Positions 1 through 8,504 are shown, counted from the first letter of the stretch. The stretch is DNA of 64,000 nt from Candidatus Limnocylindrales bacterium (GCA_035526025.1 DATLDE010000018.1:11292-75291), one strand, 5' to 3'. Made by a program: numbers and translations. The notes: generated by a model from the sequence alone, not told the origin.

Positions 1-2
1 GG

Positions 3-662
3 GGTAATTTTTCGGGGTGGGAGAAATGGAATGGATATGCAAAGATTGATAGAGAAACACATATTCAAAAAACTAAAAATTTTATTGAAAAAAATCCTGG
101 ATTATTTCAGGACGGCGATTTATTCAGTTCATGTCCGGAGTGTGAAAACGGGGAAAAATTGGACAGAAGTAACCCTATTCAGATTAATGAATACCGAACA
201 TTTTTGATCAAAGAGTATAATGTTACAAAAGAAGCTTTTAAAAACATTAATAAACAAGTTCCATCTAATTACTATTCTATGAACGGTGATATAGCATTTC
301 TTATGATGGATCGAAAAACAACAGCAGCATTTGACGGGTTGGTGGTAATTGATCATTATGTCAAAGATACAGCACGTCTTGAGCGTGATATTAAGGCTTT
401 AGCTCTGAAAAGTGGTGGAAAAATAGTATTGGGTGAATTTGGCGCTCCAATTCCTGGTATACACGGTAGTATGGATGAAAGGGTCCAAAAAAAGTGGATA
501 GAAGATGCTTTACAAAAAATATCAGGCATTCCTGATCTTATTGGTATCAATTATTGGGTAGGAACAGATGGATCAACAGCTATATGGAAAGACAATGGGG
601 TCCCAAAGCCAGCAGTCGAGGTACTCACCCGTTATTATAAGGCTTCAAATTCTTCAGATTGA
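3..662 (+). CDS. 5'-truncated glycoside hydrolase, clan GH-A-like C-terminal fragment (open to window edge)
   Basis: Frame 3 is open from nt 3 with no upstream stop, so the gene starts outside the window. The GEFGAP motif resembles the nucleophile region of the full-length paralog at 57020-58183 (FITETGW). Confidence 0.45.
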   Translation, partial: GNFSGWEKWNGYAKIDRETHIQKTKNFIEKNPGLFQDGDLFSSCPECENGEKLDRSNPIQINEYRTFLIKEYNVTKEAFKNINKQVPSNYYSMNGDIAFLMMDRKTTAAFDGLVVIDHYVKDTARLERDIKALALKSGGKIVLGEFGAPIPGIHGSMDERVQKKWIEDALQKISGIPDLIGINYWVGTDGSTAIWKDNGVPKPAVEVLTRYYKASNSSD

Positions 663-738
663 TTATAGTATATAACTATTGACACTTCTTTAAATTTGTG
701 ATATAGTCCATAAACATCTACATAGATGTCTAAACCCT

Positions 739-1281
739 ATGTTAAAAAAAAGAATTACATTTGCTATAAGTCTTATTCTGTTAACAATTTTGTCGGCATT
801 TCCTGCGCATGCTGAAAGACTCCCAAATTTTGGATCATGTCTTAATCCTCAAGGTAAAGTGCTTGCGAGTTATGAAACAGGAAAACATGGTATTGTTGGA
901 AGAAAAGATCTGGTAACAGGATCCGACAGCGTTTATCAGTCTTCTGACAAGGGTGTTACACAATGTTTTTGTCCGCTAGATGGGAATGGAATTCAAACAA
1001 ATTGGTTTGATGTATCAAAGCTGAAATCAGCTGATATAGAAACACTTAAAAAAGAAGGCTGGACATATTTTGCAACAGGATCTGACTGGGGACTCAAGGA
1101 TGTTCCATACCTAGCCAAAAATACAGACTATGCATGCAAAAAAACTGCACAAAAAAAAGGAGACGTTCAAAAAGTCCTAAGTCTTGCAAGCACCGGTGAT
1201 TCTTTGACTATCTATATATTTATTCTTTCAGGGGCTACATTTCTAATAAGCGGGATGGTCCTTCGAAAAGTTAGTAAATAA
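739..1281 (+). CDS. secreted protein with C-terminal sortase sorting signal LASTG, a hydrophobic segment and a basic tail (RKVSK)
   Basis: N-terminal signal peptide (AHA cleavage-like). C-terminal tripartite sorting signal. Lies immediately upstream of the sortase gene. Confidence 0.6.
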   Translation: MLKKRITFAISLILLTILSAFPAHAERLPNFGSCLNPQGKVLASYETGKHGIVGRKDLVTGSDSVYQSSDKGVTQCFCPLDGNGIQTNWFDVSKLKSADIETLKKEGWTYFATGSDWGLKDVPYLAKNTDYACKKTAQKKGDVQKVLSLASTGDSLTIYIFILSGATFLISGMVLRKVSK

Positions 1282-1286
1282 TTCAT

Positions 1287-1826
1287 ATGAAACTGCTCTC
1301 AAAACTGTTCATATTTATTGGTATCCTCTGTTATATCCTCGGTATTTATAATATATGGCTAATCAATGATCCAAAGCGTTTGTCCTTTCAGAATTATACT
1401 TATGCTCAAGTACCTCAAAGCGTTGAGAAAGTGCTTCCAACTAAAATAAGTATAAGTAATGTAAATATTACTCTTCCTCTGATTCCATCGTCAATTATTG
1501 ATGACAAATGGGAGACTACAGATATCGGAGCCTCTTATCTTTCTTCATCTCCTGTTCCTGGGGAAGTGGGAAATAGTGTGATATACGGGCATAATTGGGC
1601 GAGTATTTTCGGAAACTTGATTAGTATAATGCCGGGTGATGAGGTATTGATTGAATATCAAGATAAAACCACCAAAACATTCATCGTGAAATATACCTCA
1701 ACTGTAAAACCAGAAACTACTAGTATTTTGGCACCTACTTCTGACAAGAGAATTACTTTATATACCTGCAGTGGATTTCTGGATTCTGAAAGATTTGTAG
1801 CAGTCGCTATCCTCAAAGACAACTAA
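1287..1826 (+). CDS. sortase family transpeptidase
   Basis: N-terminal TM anchor. Conserved His in IYGHNWASIFGNL and catalytic Cys in the TLxTC motif (ITLYTCSG). About 180 aa. Confidence 0.8.
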   Translation: MKLLSKLFIFIGILCYILGIYNIWLINDPKRLSFQNYTYAQVPQSVEKVLPTKISISNVNITLPLIPSSIIDDKWETTDIGASYLSSSPVPGEVGNSVIYGHNWASIFGNLISIMPGDEVLIEYQDKTTKTFIVKYTSTVKPETTSILAPTSDKRITLYTCSGFLDSERFVAVAILKDN

Positions 1827-1827
1827 A

Positions 1828-1862
1828 AAGCCCCGCAGTATGGGCAGGGCTTTTTCTAAATT
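1828..1862. terminator. bidirectional intrinsic terminator between convergent genes
   Basis: Sequence aaaaagCCCCGCagtatgGGCAGGGCtttttc: a GC-rich imperfect hairpin flanked by an A-run and a T-run, between the sortase stop (1826) and the minus-gene stop (1874). Confidence 0.5.
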
Positions 1863-1873
1863 AGATTTCTATA

Positions 1874-2200
1874 TTAGTTGGCAACATTTGCGTTGGCAAC
1901 GCTAGTTATAGAAACACTTGAGCTTGAACTACCTGTAAGAATCAATGTACTTCCTCCAGTATTAAAGCTTGAGCTGTTATTTCCTGTATTGGAATTGGCA
2001 TTTACATAGTTGAGTAACACAGCTGTATTGCTCTGTGTAACACTCTTACTCCAATTATTAGTAACATTTACTGTATTTACAGAAAAAGCGCCATTTCCTT
2101 TGATCTTAACGGTAGTTGCAGCAAATGCGGGCATTGCTGATACAGCAAAAAGTGATGCTGCAGCAAGCGCTGAACCGATTTTAATAGTTAATTTATTCAT
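1874..2200 (-). CDS. small secreted Asn/Ser/Thr-rich protein (possible fibre/adhesin subunit)
   Basis: Signal peptide ending AFA. Mature part of about 80 aa is a low-complexity, beta-strand-like N/S/T/V repeat. Strong SD (GGAGGTG) 9 nt upstream of the ATG. Confidence 0.55.
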   Translation of the reverse strand: MNKLTIKIGSALAAASLFAVSAMPAFAATTVKIKGNGAFSVNTVNVTNNWSKSVTQSNTAVLLNYVNANSNTGNNSSSFNTGGSTLILTGSSSSSVSITSVANANVAN

Positions 2201-2266
2201 ATATTATCACCTCCTTTCAAATTGGTCTTCCCGCTATCACTCACGACAGCGGGAGAAAATACTGCA

Positions 2267-3415
2267 CTACAGCTCGCATTGCGTTATCGCTTCTGCCGTA
2301 CAAGTATCTGTGTTAGCGCCACCATCAGCAGCGTCACTACCGGCTTGACCATCTAATGTGTCATCGCCATCTTCACCTTTCAAAGAGTCGCTATCAGCGC
2401 CCCCATAGAGTTTGTCATTACCCGTTCCTCCGGCTAATGCGTCAGATCCTCCTTGGCCTAGCAGGACATCGTTTCCTGCTCCACCTATTAGATTGTCGGA
2501 ACTATCTCCACCGACTATACAGTCAGCGCCTCCTTTTCCATCGACATAATCACTTCCACCTTTGGCCAGGATTAGGTCATTTCCTTCTGTGCCGATTATG
2601 TAATCACTTCCGTTTGTTCCTTCTATTTTGTTATATACAAGATTTTGATTACATTCTGTGGGTACTGGGAATGCATTCACTGGATTTGCTACTACTGTTA
2701 TTTTGTAGACGTTTCCAGCTCCGTTACTCCATGCAGATTCCTCAAATAGAGCATTTCTTGCCCTAACTCTCAGATAATAGTCCCCAGGTGGTGTTCCCGG
2801 AGTTGGAATCTCAGAAGCTGTTAACCAACCGCTTTGAAACACAGAGGTTGTATATCCTGCGTCAGAAAAAGCTTCATATTGGTATTGAAACGGTGGATTA
2901 GAGCCTACTGAATCAGTCCAATCTACCTTAACTAGAGCTGCCTGTGTGACAGTTGCTCCATTTGCCGGAGTGTGAATCCTAGGAACTGATATTCCTTTTG
3001 TTATACTCCAGGTTCCGCTTCGTGGTCCACCGAAATTATCTGTCCAGGTTCCACTCACAGTACCATTTGCAGCAATCGTACCTACCATATTCATAGTTGT
3101 TCCTACTGCGCCCACATCATATACAGCTGTGAGATTTATTGAATTTCCTGTTTGGCTACCAGATGTAACATTCCAATGATAAGTATCTCCGCCTGTTGCC
3201 GGATACCCGCCATTGCCTGTTACAGCAGTGCCGGATTGGGCAAGAGTAGCATGGTGAACGTAAGGCGTAACTGAAGTATCAGGATTCAAAAAGAAACTGA
3301 TTTCGTAATTACCCGTTACATTCCATGGCGCTGCAGCGAAAGCTGGCAACACCGAAACAGCAACTAGCACAATCGATGCTATCATAGCTGTAAAAAGTTT
3401 TAAAATTTTATTCAT
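2267..3415 (-). CDS. secreted protein with C-terminal RTX/hemolysin-type Ca-binding GGxGxD repeats
   Basis: Signal peptide. C-terminal tandem repeats GGSDYVDGKGGADCIVGGDSSDNLIGGAGNDVLLGQGGSDALAGGTGNDKLYGGADSD. Start moved to the internal ATG (MNKIL) because it has the GGAGGTG SD at correct spacing. Confidence 0.65.
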   Translation of the reverse strand: MNKILKLFTAMIASIVLVAVSVLPAFAAAPWNVTGNYEISFFLNPDTSVTPYVHHATLAQSGTAVTGNGGYPATGGDTYHWNVTSGSQTGNSINLTAVYDVGAVGTTMNMVGTIAANGTVSGTWTDNFGGPRSGTWSITKGISVPRIHTPANGATVTQAALVKVDWTDSVGSNPPFQYQYEAFSDAGYTTSVFQSGWLTASEIPTPGTPPGDYYLRVRARNALFEESAWSNGAGNVYKITVVANPVNAFPVPTECNQNLVYNKIEGTNGSDYIIGTEGNDLILAKGGSDYVDGKGGADCIVGGDSSDNLIGGAGNDVLLGQGGSDALAGGTGNDKLYGGADSDSLKGEDGDDTLDGQAGSDAADGGANTDTCTAEAITQCEL

Positions 3416-3548
3416 TTCTATCACCTCCTTTCACCCGCTGAATCTTTACGCGAAAGCGGGTTTCGCTCAAAATTTCGACTATTCGTTCATGATAGTTTTC
3501 ACAGATATCAGTCAGGTTAGGATAACCTAATAAACTCGTAAGAGTAAT

Positions 3549-4463
3549 TTATTCACCTGCGAAATTTGACTCTTCTTTTGTTGTCACAGAAATATTAGTA
3601 TTTATATTGCCTGTAATCGCTGTTGAATTGTGGCTAGTAGTATTTAGTATAATATTATTGCCTGTGTAAGAAACAGTATTTATGGCGTTGTTAACGCTTG
3701 TATTATTTGTTTGATTTATAACAGTCATGCAATTTGAGGAGACATCAACAGTGTTATTTGATCCCGCGCCATTATCGCTGATTTCAATATTAGTATCTTC
3801 TCCACAATCTGAAGCATCAGGTTTTGAAACTACTGTAAATTTATTTACTGTCAAATTTGCACTGTCTGACAATAATGCGCTAGTTGGCTGAAGATGTCCC
3901 GATAGAATCATTGATATTGGCAATAGGATAAATAGCGTTTGTCCCTCCCTTGCAATAAAAGTCCTCGCTTTTCGAAATTTTATTAAATTAAATATGTTTG
4001 AAATTTCCATGTAAATGATAATAACAGACGGGATAAGAATAAAAAGCGCGATTCCGATTTTTGTTTTGGTAAAAGAAAGTATATAGCCCAATGCAGGAAT
4101 AGAAGCTACAACCTTGCCAACGACTCCCCCACCAGCCAGAACCCAGGGATCGTTTGAATTATTATGATCCCCCCTTGTCTTGACAATTGTTAAATCCTTA
4201 CTTTTTGATAAATCAACTATTCGGTGCGTGATAAATTCTCTGTCTCTTGAGGGCCGAATAAATGTAATAACATCGCTCAATTTTAAGTTATCGGGGTGAA
4301 TACTTTTTGTAATTACAAGTGAGCCTGTACCAATTGCCGGTTCCATTGACCCGGACATGACAGTAAATGCACGGAAGCCTCCTATATGATGAGATAGCAA
4401 AAAAATGCTAATTCCAAAAAACAAAACAACACCTAGCAGGAGGAATTTAATAAGATTTTTCAT
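3549..4463 (-). CDS. ER/archaeal-type signal peptidase I (S26B, SipW-like) with a second TM helix and a roughly 110 aa Asn/Ser/Thr-rich C-terminal extension
   Basis: N-terminal TM. Catalytic Ser box VMSGSMEP, His in ITHRIVDL, GDHNNSNDPW box. The extension after TM2 begins TSALLSDSANLTVNKFTV. Confidence 0.7.
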   Translation of the reverse strand: MKNLIKFLLLGVVLFFGISIFLLSHHIGGFRAFTVMSGSMEPAIGTGSLVITKSIHPDNLKLSDVITFIRPSRDREFITHRIVDLSKSKDLTIVKTRGDHNNSNDPWVLAGGGVVGKVVASIPALGYILSFTKTKIGIALFILIPSVIIIYMEISNIFNLIKFRKARTFIAREGQTLFILLPISMILSGHLQPTSALLSDSANLTVNKFTVVSKPDASDCGEDTNIEISDNGAGSNNTVDVSSNCMTVINQTNNTSVNNAINTVSYTGNNIILNTTSHNSTAITGNINTNISVTTKEESNFAGE

Positions 4464-4571
4464 ACTTTTTTTGTGTATTCTCAGCCTTCCCCCCTCAAAA
4501 TTTTGGTGAGGGGGAGAGGTCGAGATGCTGCTGAGTTCTGCACTTCTGAGAATCCAACAATTAATTTATAT

Positions 4572-5132
4572 TTATTGTGCTGGAACCACCTCTGTCCCTG
4601 TAAACACAAAATTAAAAACAGCACTGCCATCTACAGTTATTCCACTGTTCATAGTGATACCCATTTTGTATCTTTGGGTTCCGCTTTGCGCAAGATTATA
4701 CTCCGCAGGATATCCATATGGAAGCAAAGTTTCCCATTGTGCTAATGTTGCGGTTGCAATAGGCGCTCCTACGATTGCAGAGCCGTCTGTATTGACCGGT
4801 GTAAACGAAACTACAACCTGATCTTTTGTAATATCAGTTACGGTTATGTCTGTTGCCTGTCCTGATAATGACAACGCAACATCAGTAGTTACATTTCTTA
4901 GGTAAACATCAAAGAATTTCGTTTGTCCAGGTCTAACACCACTTGTATAACCGGCTGTGGACACTGTACTAAAAGTAGAGCCTGTCTTAGACACCCTAAG
5001 ATCAACGGTTCCAGTACTAAATGTGTTTGATGTCAAAGCAGCAGTATCGGAAAGCAATGCTTGTGTTCCCATAACAGCACTTCCTGAAACTCCGGCAATT
5101 ATCAATAAACTCAAAATTATTCTTTTTATCAT
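4572..5132 (-). CDS. TasA/camelysin-like (SipW-cognate type) secreted protein
   Basis: Signal peptide followed by GTQALLSDTAALTSNTFSTGTVDL. This resembles the TasA/CalY N-terminus (AAFND...ATFASGTLDL). SD GGAGGTG 9 nt upstream of the ATG. Confidence 0.55.
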   Translation of the reverse strand: MIKRIILSLLIIAGVSGSAVMGTQALLSDTAALTSNTFSTGTVDLRVSKTGSTFSTVSTAGYTSGVRPGQTKFFDVYLRNVTTDVALSLSGQATDITVTDITKDQVVVSFTPVNTDGSAIVGAPIATATLAQWETLLPYGYPAEYNLAQSGTQRYKMGITMNSGITVDGSAVFNFVFTGTEVVPAQ

Positions 5133-5230
5133 TTTTATTCACCTCCCAACTTTTAAGTTTCTATCATAAATAACTTTGCCGGTGGTGGGGTAGCGAATCT
5201 GCCCGACAGCCGTTCCCCACCACTAGCAAT

Positions 5231-5279
5231 TTTTACACAAAAAACCTCTTGAATTCTCCCAAAAACAGAACTCAAGAGG
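5231..5279 (-). terminator. intrinsic-terminator-like hairpin plus T-run on the minus strand
   Basis: Minus-strand read CCTCTTGAGTTCTGTTTTTGGGAGAATTCAAGAGG followed by TTTTTTGTGTAAAA. No annotated minus-strand gene ends upstream of it. Confidence 0.35.
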
Positions 5280-5510
5280 TTCACCTGCACGGTACTTACC
5301 ATGTACCAAAAATCGATTTGGACAGCTGTTCATTTGCCTGAAGGACTATCACATTACTAGTTTTTTTGTCGCTAGTGATGTTAACTTAATTTAAAATATG
5401 AAAAGTGCCTTGTCAATTGATGCAAATAGATGTAAAGATAATATAACTATATCAATATTAAATATAACTGCTAAATTGACAACCATTTGTTACTTTGCGA
5501 TACTTATTTA

Positions 5511-6245
5511 ATGAAAAAAATTATTCCCCCCGATCACTGGCTCCGAACACGTCCGATAGCGCACAGAGGGCTACATGACATAAATAAAGGAATTCCTGAG
5601 AACTCCATATCTGCATTCGAAGAAGCATGTCAAAAAGGATTTCCGATTGAGCTAGACGTACGAATTACGGGAGACGGTAAAGCAGTTGTATTTCATGATT
5701 TTTTGCTTAAAAGATTGGTGGGTATAAATAAGTGGGTAAGTAGCATGTCAGCAAGCTCACTTGGAAAACTAAAAATTCTTGATACCGGAGAAAAAATCCC
5801 ACTTCTTGATGAGGTTTTGGAGCATATTAATGGCCGGGTACCTGTTTTAATTGAGATCAAAAGAAATTTATTACCAGGAATTTTTGAAAACCTGGTGGTA
5901 AGCTCACTTAAAAATTATAATGGTGAATTTGCAATACTGACTTTCAATCCAATAGCTCTTCGTTATTTGCATCACCAAGTACCTGATTATATCAGTGGAA
6001 TAAATATAGGAAATGCTGAAAAGTTTTTATTTAAAATATCTTCTTTTAATAATTTTGTAAATAATTTTTGTGCTCCCCAATTTATAAGTTATTCCTTAAG
6101 AGGCAAAGTTCCTGATTTTTCTGCTAAATACTTTAATGCTCAAAATTTGCCTATATTAGCTTGGACAGTGCATTCGCATGAGGAGGAAAAATTTGCTCGA
6201 CAATTTGCAGACAATATAATATTTGAACAATATTTACCTGAATGA
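5511..6245 (+). CDS. glycerophosphodiester phosphodiesterase (GDPD/UgpQ family)
   Basis: HRG motif (IAHRGLH), E...D in PIELDVRITGDGKAVVFHD. Start set at the ATG (MKKII); the ORF-track start is an upstream TTG. Confidence 0.8.
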   Translation: MKKIIPPDHWLRTRPIAHRGLHDINKGIPENSISAFEEACQKGFPIELDVRITGDGKAVVFHDFLLKRLVGINKWVSSMSASSLGKLKILDTGEKIPLLDEVLEHINGRVPVLIEIKRNLLPGIFENLVVSSLKNYNGEFAILTFNPIALRYLHHQVPDYISGINIGNAEKFLFKISSFNNFVNNFCAPQFISYSLRGKVPDFSAKYFNAQNLPILAWTVHSHEEEKFARQFADNIIFEQYLPE

Positions 6246-7213
6246 AGAAATTTATTTTGAATTTTTTAGCTGTGATCCTTTTATCTCTTGGGTTTGCAGG
6301 CTTTTTATATTTTTTTATAGAAATTGATGGTAGGCGGGACGAAAACTCGGTATCTCCTCTACCTGAATTTTTAACCCTAAGCAAGAATAATCAAGTTAGA
6401 TTTCTTGATTTGTGGTTCCCAAAATTTGATTCATCTGAAAAAGCAGTATTGGGTGCCAATGATATTACTGCTAAATCAGCTTTGGTATATGACCTATCAA
6501 ATAATCAGACAATTTATGAAAAATCTGCATCTACTAAGCTTCCAATGGCATCACTTACCAAGATAATGACTGCTATTATTGCACTTGAAAATAAAAGAGT
6601 AGATGATAGTTATGTTGTAACTGCAAAGGATTTAGTAGGCGAAGATAGTATGGGATTAACTGAGGGTGAAGTTATATCTTTTGATGAGCTATTGCATGGT
6701 CTTATGCTCCCATCCGGCAATGATGCTGCTGAAGTATTTGCAAACAATCATCCGACTGGCCGCGATGGATTTATTCTGGATATGAATCAAAAAGCAAAGT
6801 CACTTGGCCTTAAAGATACCAATTTTGTAAACCCATCCGGACTTCAGGGAGACGGAGACCAACACACCACAACCTATGATTTACTTGTTATTACCCGCTA
6901 TGCTCTTGAAAATTTTCCGGAATTTGCAAAAGTTGTTGCAACTGCTGAATACTCAATTCCTCAAAATTCATTTCATAAAGCATTTGATCTGTATAACGAA
7001 ACAAATCTCCTGACCACCTATGAGGGCGTCAGAGGTGTCAAGACAGGTTATACACCTGAAGCGGGGCTTTGCCTTGTCACATATCTTGACTATGGAGGAC
7101 ACAAGATAATAGGTATAATATTAAATAGTGAGAATCGTAGAACCGAGATGAAGACATTGCTTGATTATTCATTAAGAAAGTACGGTATTGCTCCACCAGA
7201 GTATAAAGGATAG
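6242..7213 (+). CDS. D-alanyl-D-alanine carboxypeptidase (S11, PBP5/DacA-like)
   Basis: SxxK (ASLTK), SGN (LPSGND), KTG (GVKTGYT). N-terminal TM/signal. Confidence 0.8.
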   Translation: MKKFILNFLAVILLSLGFAGFLYFFIEIDGRRDENSVSPLPEFLTLSKNNQVRFLDLWFPKFDSSEKAVLGANDITAKSALVYDLSNNQTIYEKSASTKLPMASLTKIMTAIIALENKRVDDSYVVTAKDLVGEDSMGLTEGEVISFDELLHGLMLPSGNDAAEVFANNHPTGRDGFILDMNQKAKSLGLKDTNFVNPSGLQGDGDQHTTTYDLLVITRYALENFPEFAKVVATAEYSIPQNSFHKAFDLYNETNLLTTYEGVRGVKTGYTPEAGLCLVTYLDYGGHKIIGIILNSENRRTEMKTLLDYSLRKYGIAPPEYKG

Positions 7214-7215
7214 TT

Positions 7216-7680
7216 ATGAGTAATATTACTGACTCATTAGAATCAAAATTTGATATTGAAAGCGCATTGGCAGCTAGAGATAAAGGGTTGCTAAAAGAAT
7301 GGGTTATAGAATTATTAAAAAGTGAGGGAAGTTATGAACTCGCTGAAAAGATCAGCTCAGAGAAAACTGCGGCAATTAAAATGTATAACTATCCCCTAAC
7401 ACTTCTCAAAAAAATTCAGGGTCCAGAAGAGAATGAAATACATAGACAGTCCCCGCAGGTTTGGGAAGATAAAGTAAAAAAACTTGCTAAAAAAATAGAA
7501 AACGGTTTTATCTCCGCTCCTTTAATAGTAACGGATTTTTGGAATTATTTTGAAGTTGCAGATGGCAATCATAGACATGAAGCACTTGAGCGAAAAGGAA
7601 TAAAATCATACTGGACAATATTTTTTATAAAACACCAGGCAGGAGTTGAATACCTCAAAGATATTATGAAATCAAAATGA
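7216..7680 (+). CDS. ParB/Srx-fold (DGQHR-like) domain protein
   Basis: C-terminal APLIVTDFWNYFEVADGNHRHEAL resembles the ParB-like nuclease domain DGxHR motif. Confidence 0.4.
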   Translation: MSNITDSLESKFDIESALAARDKGLLKEWVIELLKSEGSYELAEKISSEKTAAIKMYNYPLTLLKKIQGPEENEIHRQSPQVWEDKVKKLAKKIENGFISAPLIVTDFWNYFEVADGNHRHEALERKGIKSYWTIFFIKHQAGVEYLKDIMKSK

Positions 7681-8276
7681 AGATAAAAGTGATTCTTACT
7701 GACGTAGGCGGTGTTTTGGTCAGAACTGAAAATACTCTTTTGAGAAGAGCTTGGGAAGATAAACTTGACCTAAAACCTCGAACACTCACAAGAGAAATAC
7801 AAAAAATACAGCCGGCAAAAGAGGCTACTATTGGACTAGTGAGCGCTGAAAATATCTGGCAAAATATATCCCAGAAATATTCTCTGGATCCGAGAGAGTT
7901 ACAACTTCTTAAGCATGACTACTTTGCAGGAGAAAAACTCAATCAAAAATTTTATGAATACCTTGAAAAAATTCATAAATCTTATAAAATCGTAATTTTT
8001 AGCAATGCCTGGGATGATGGACGTGAGGTCTATACTAAAAAATTTCATTTGGATAAAATAACTGACCAGATGATTATCTCAGCTGAAGAGGGCATGAGAA
8101 AACCACATAAGAAATTCTATCAACAAGCATTAAAAAAGTTGGGAGTATTGCCAGAGGAGATTTTATATCTGGATGATAGAATGGAAAATATAAAGGTTGG
8201 CAAAGCCATAGGATTCAATTCTATTCTTTTTAATTACACAGGCCACGTGATTGACCAGATCAACGAAATACTTTAA
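7677..8276 (+). CDS. HAD-superfamily hydrolase
   Basis: Motif I ILTDVGGVLV and motif IV LDDRMEN. Start overlaps the upstream stop by 4 nt. Confidence 0.65.
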   Translation: MKIKVILTDVGGVLVRTENTLLRRAWEDKLDLKPRTLTREIQKIQPAKEATIGLVSAENIWQNISQKYSLDPRELQLLKHDYFAGEKLNQKFYEYLEKIHKSYKIVIFSNAWDDGREVYTKKFHLDKITDQMIISAEEGMRKPHKKFYQQALKKLGVLPEEILYLDDRMENIKVGKAIGFNSILFNYTGHVIDQINEIL

Positions 8277-8281
8277 TTGAG

Positions 8282-8354
8282 TCGGGGTGAGAGGATTCGA
8301 ACCTCCGACCTCACGGTCCCAAACCGCGCGCTCTACCAACTGAGCCACACCCCG
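8282..8354 (-). tRNA. tRNA-Pro (anticodon TGG)
   Basis: Hand-folded cloverleaf of 73 nt. Anticodon loop TTTGGGA with G37. Confidence 0.85.
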
Positions 8355-8364
8355 TTATACATAT

Positions 8365-8450
8365 TGGTGCCGCGGGAGAGAGTCGAACTCTCATATCATT
8401 GCTGACAGAGGCTCTTAAGGCCCCCGTGTATACCATTCCACCACCGCGGC
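8365..8450 (-). tRNA. tRNA-Leu (anticodon TAA), class II with 15-nt variable arm, CCA encoded
   Basis: Acceptor GCCGCGG/CCGCGGC, anticodon loop CTTAAGA, T-arm GAGAG-TTCGACT-CTCTC, terminal ACCA. Confidence 0.8.
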
Positions 8451-8504
8451 TTACAGGTATATGCTATTTTAACCTAAAAAGGGATATTTATTCAACAGTG
8501 AAAG

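Noticed and set aside
4473-4821. Plus-strand ORFs 4473-4745 and 4525-4821
   Set aside because: They are fully embedded antisense to the SipW-like and TasA-like genes and their intergenic hairpin. There is no SD, and the start at 4473 sits within the promoter region of the opposite gene.
8163-8348. ORF encoding MAQLVERAVWDREVGGSNPLTPTQ...
   Set aside because: It is the antisense translation of tRNA-Pro and the neighbouring intergenic region, a classic tRNA-overlap artefact.
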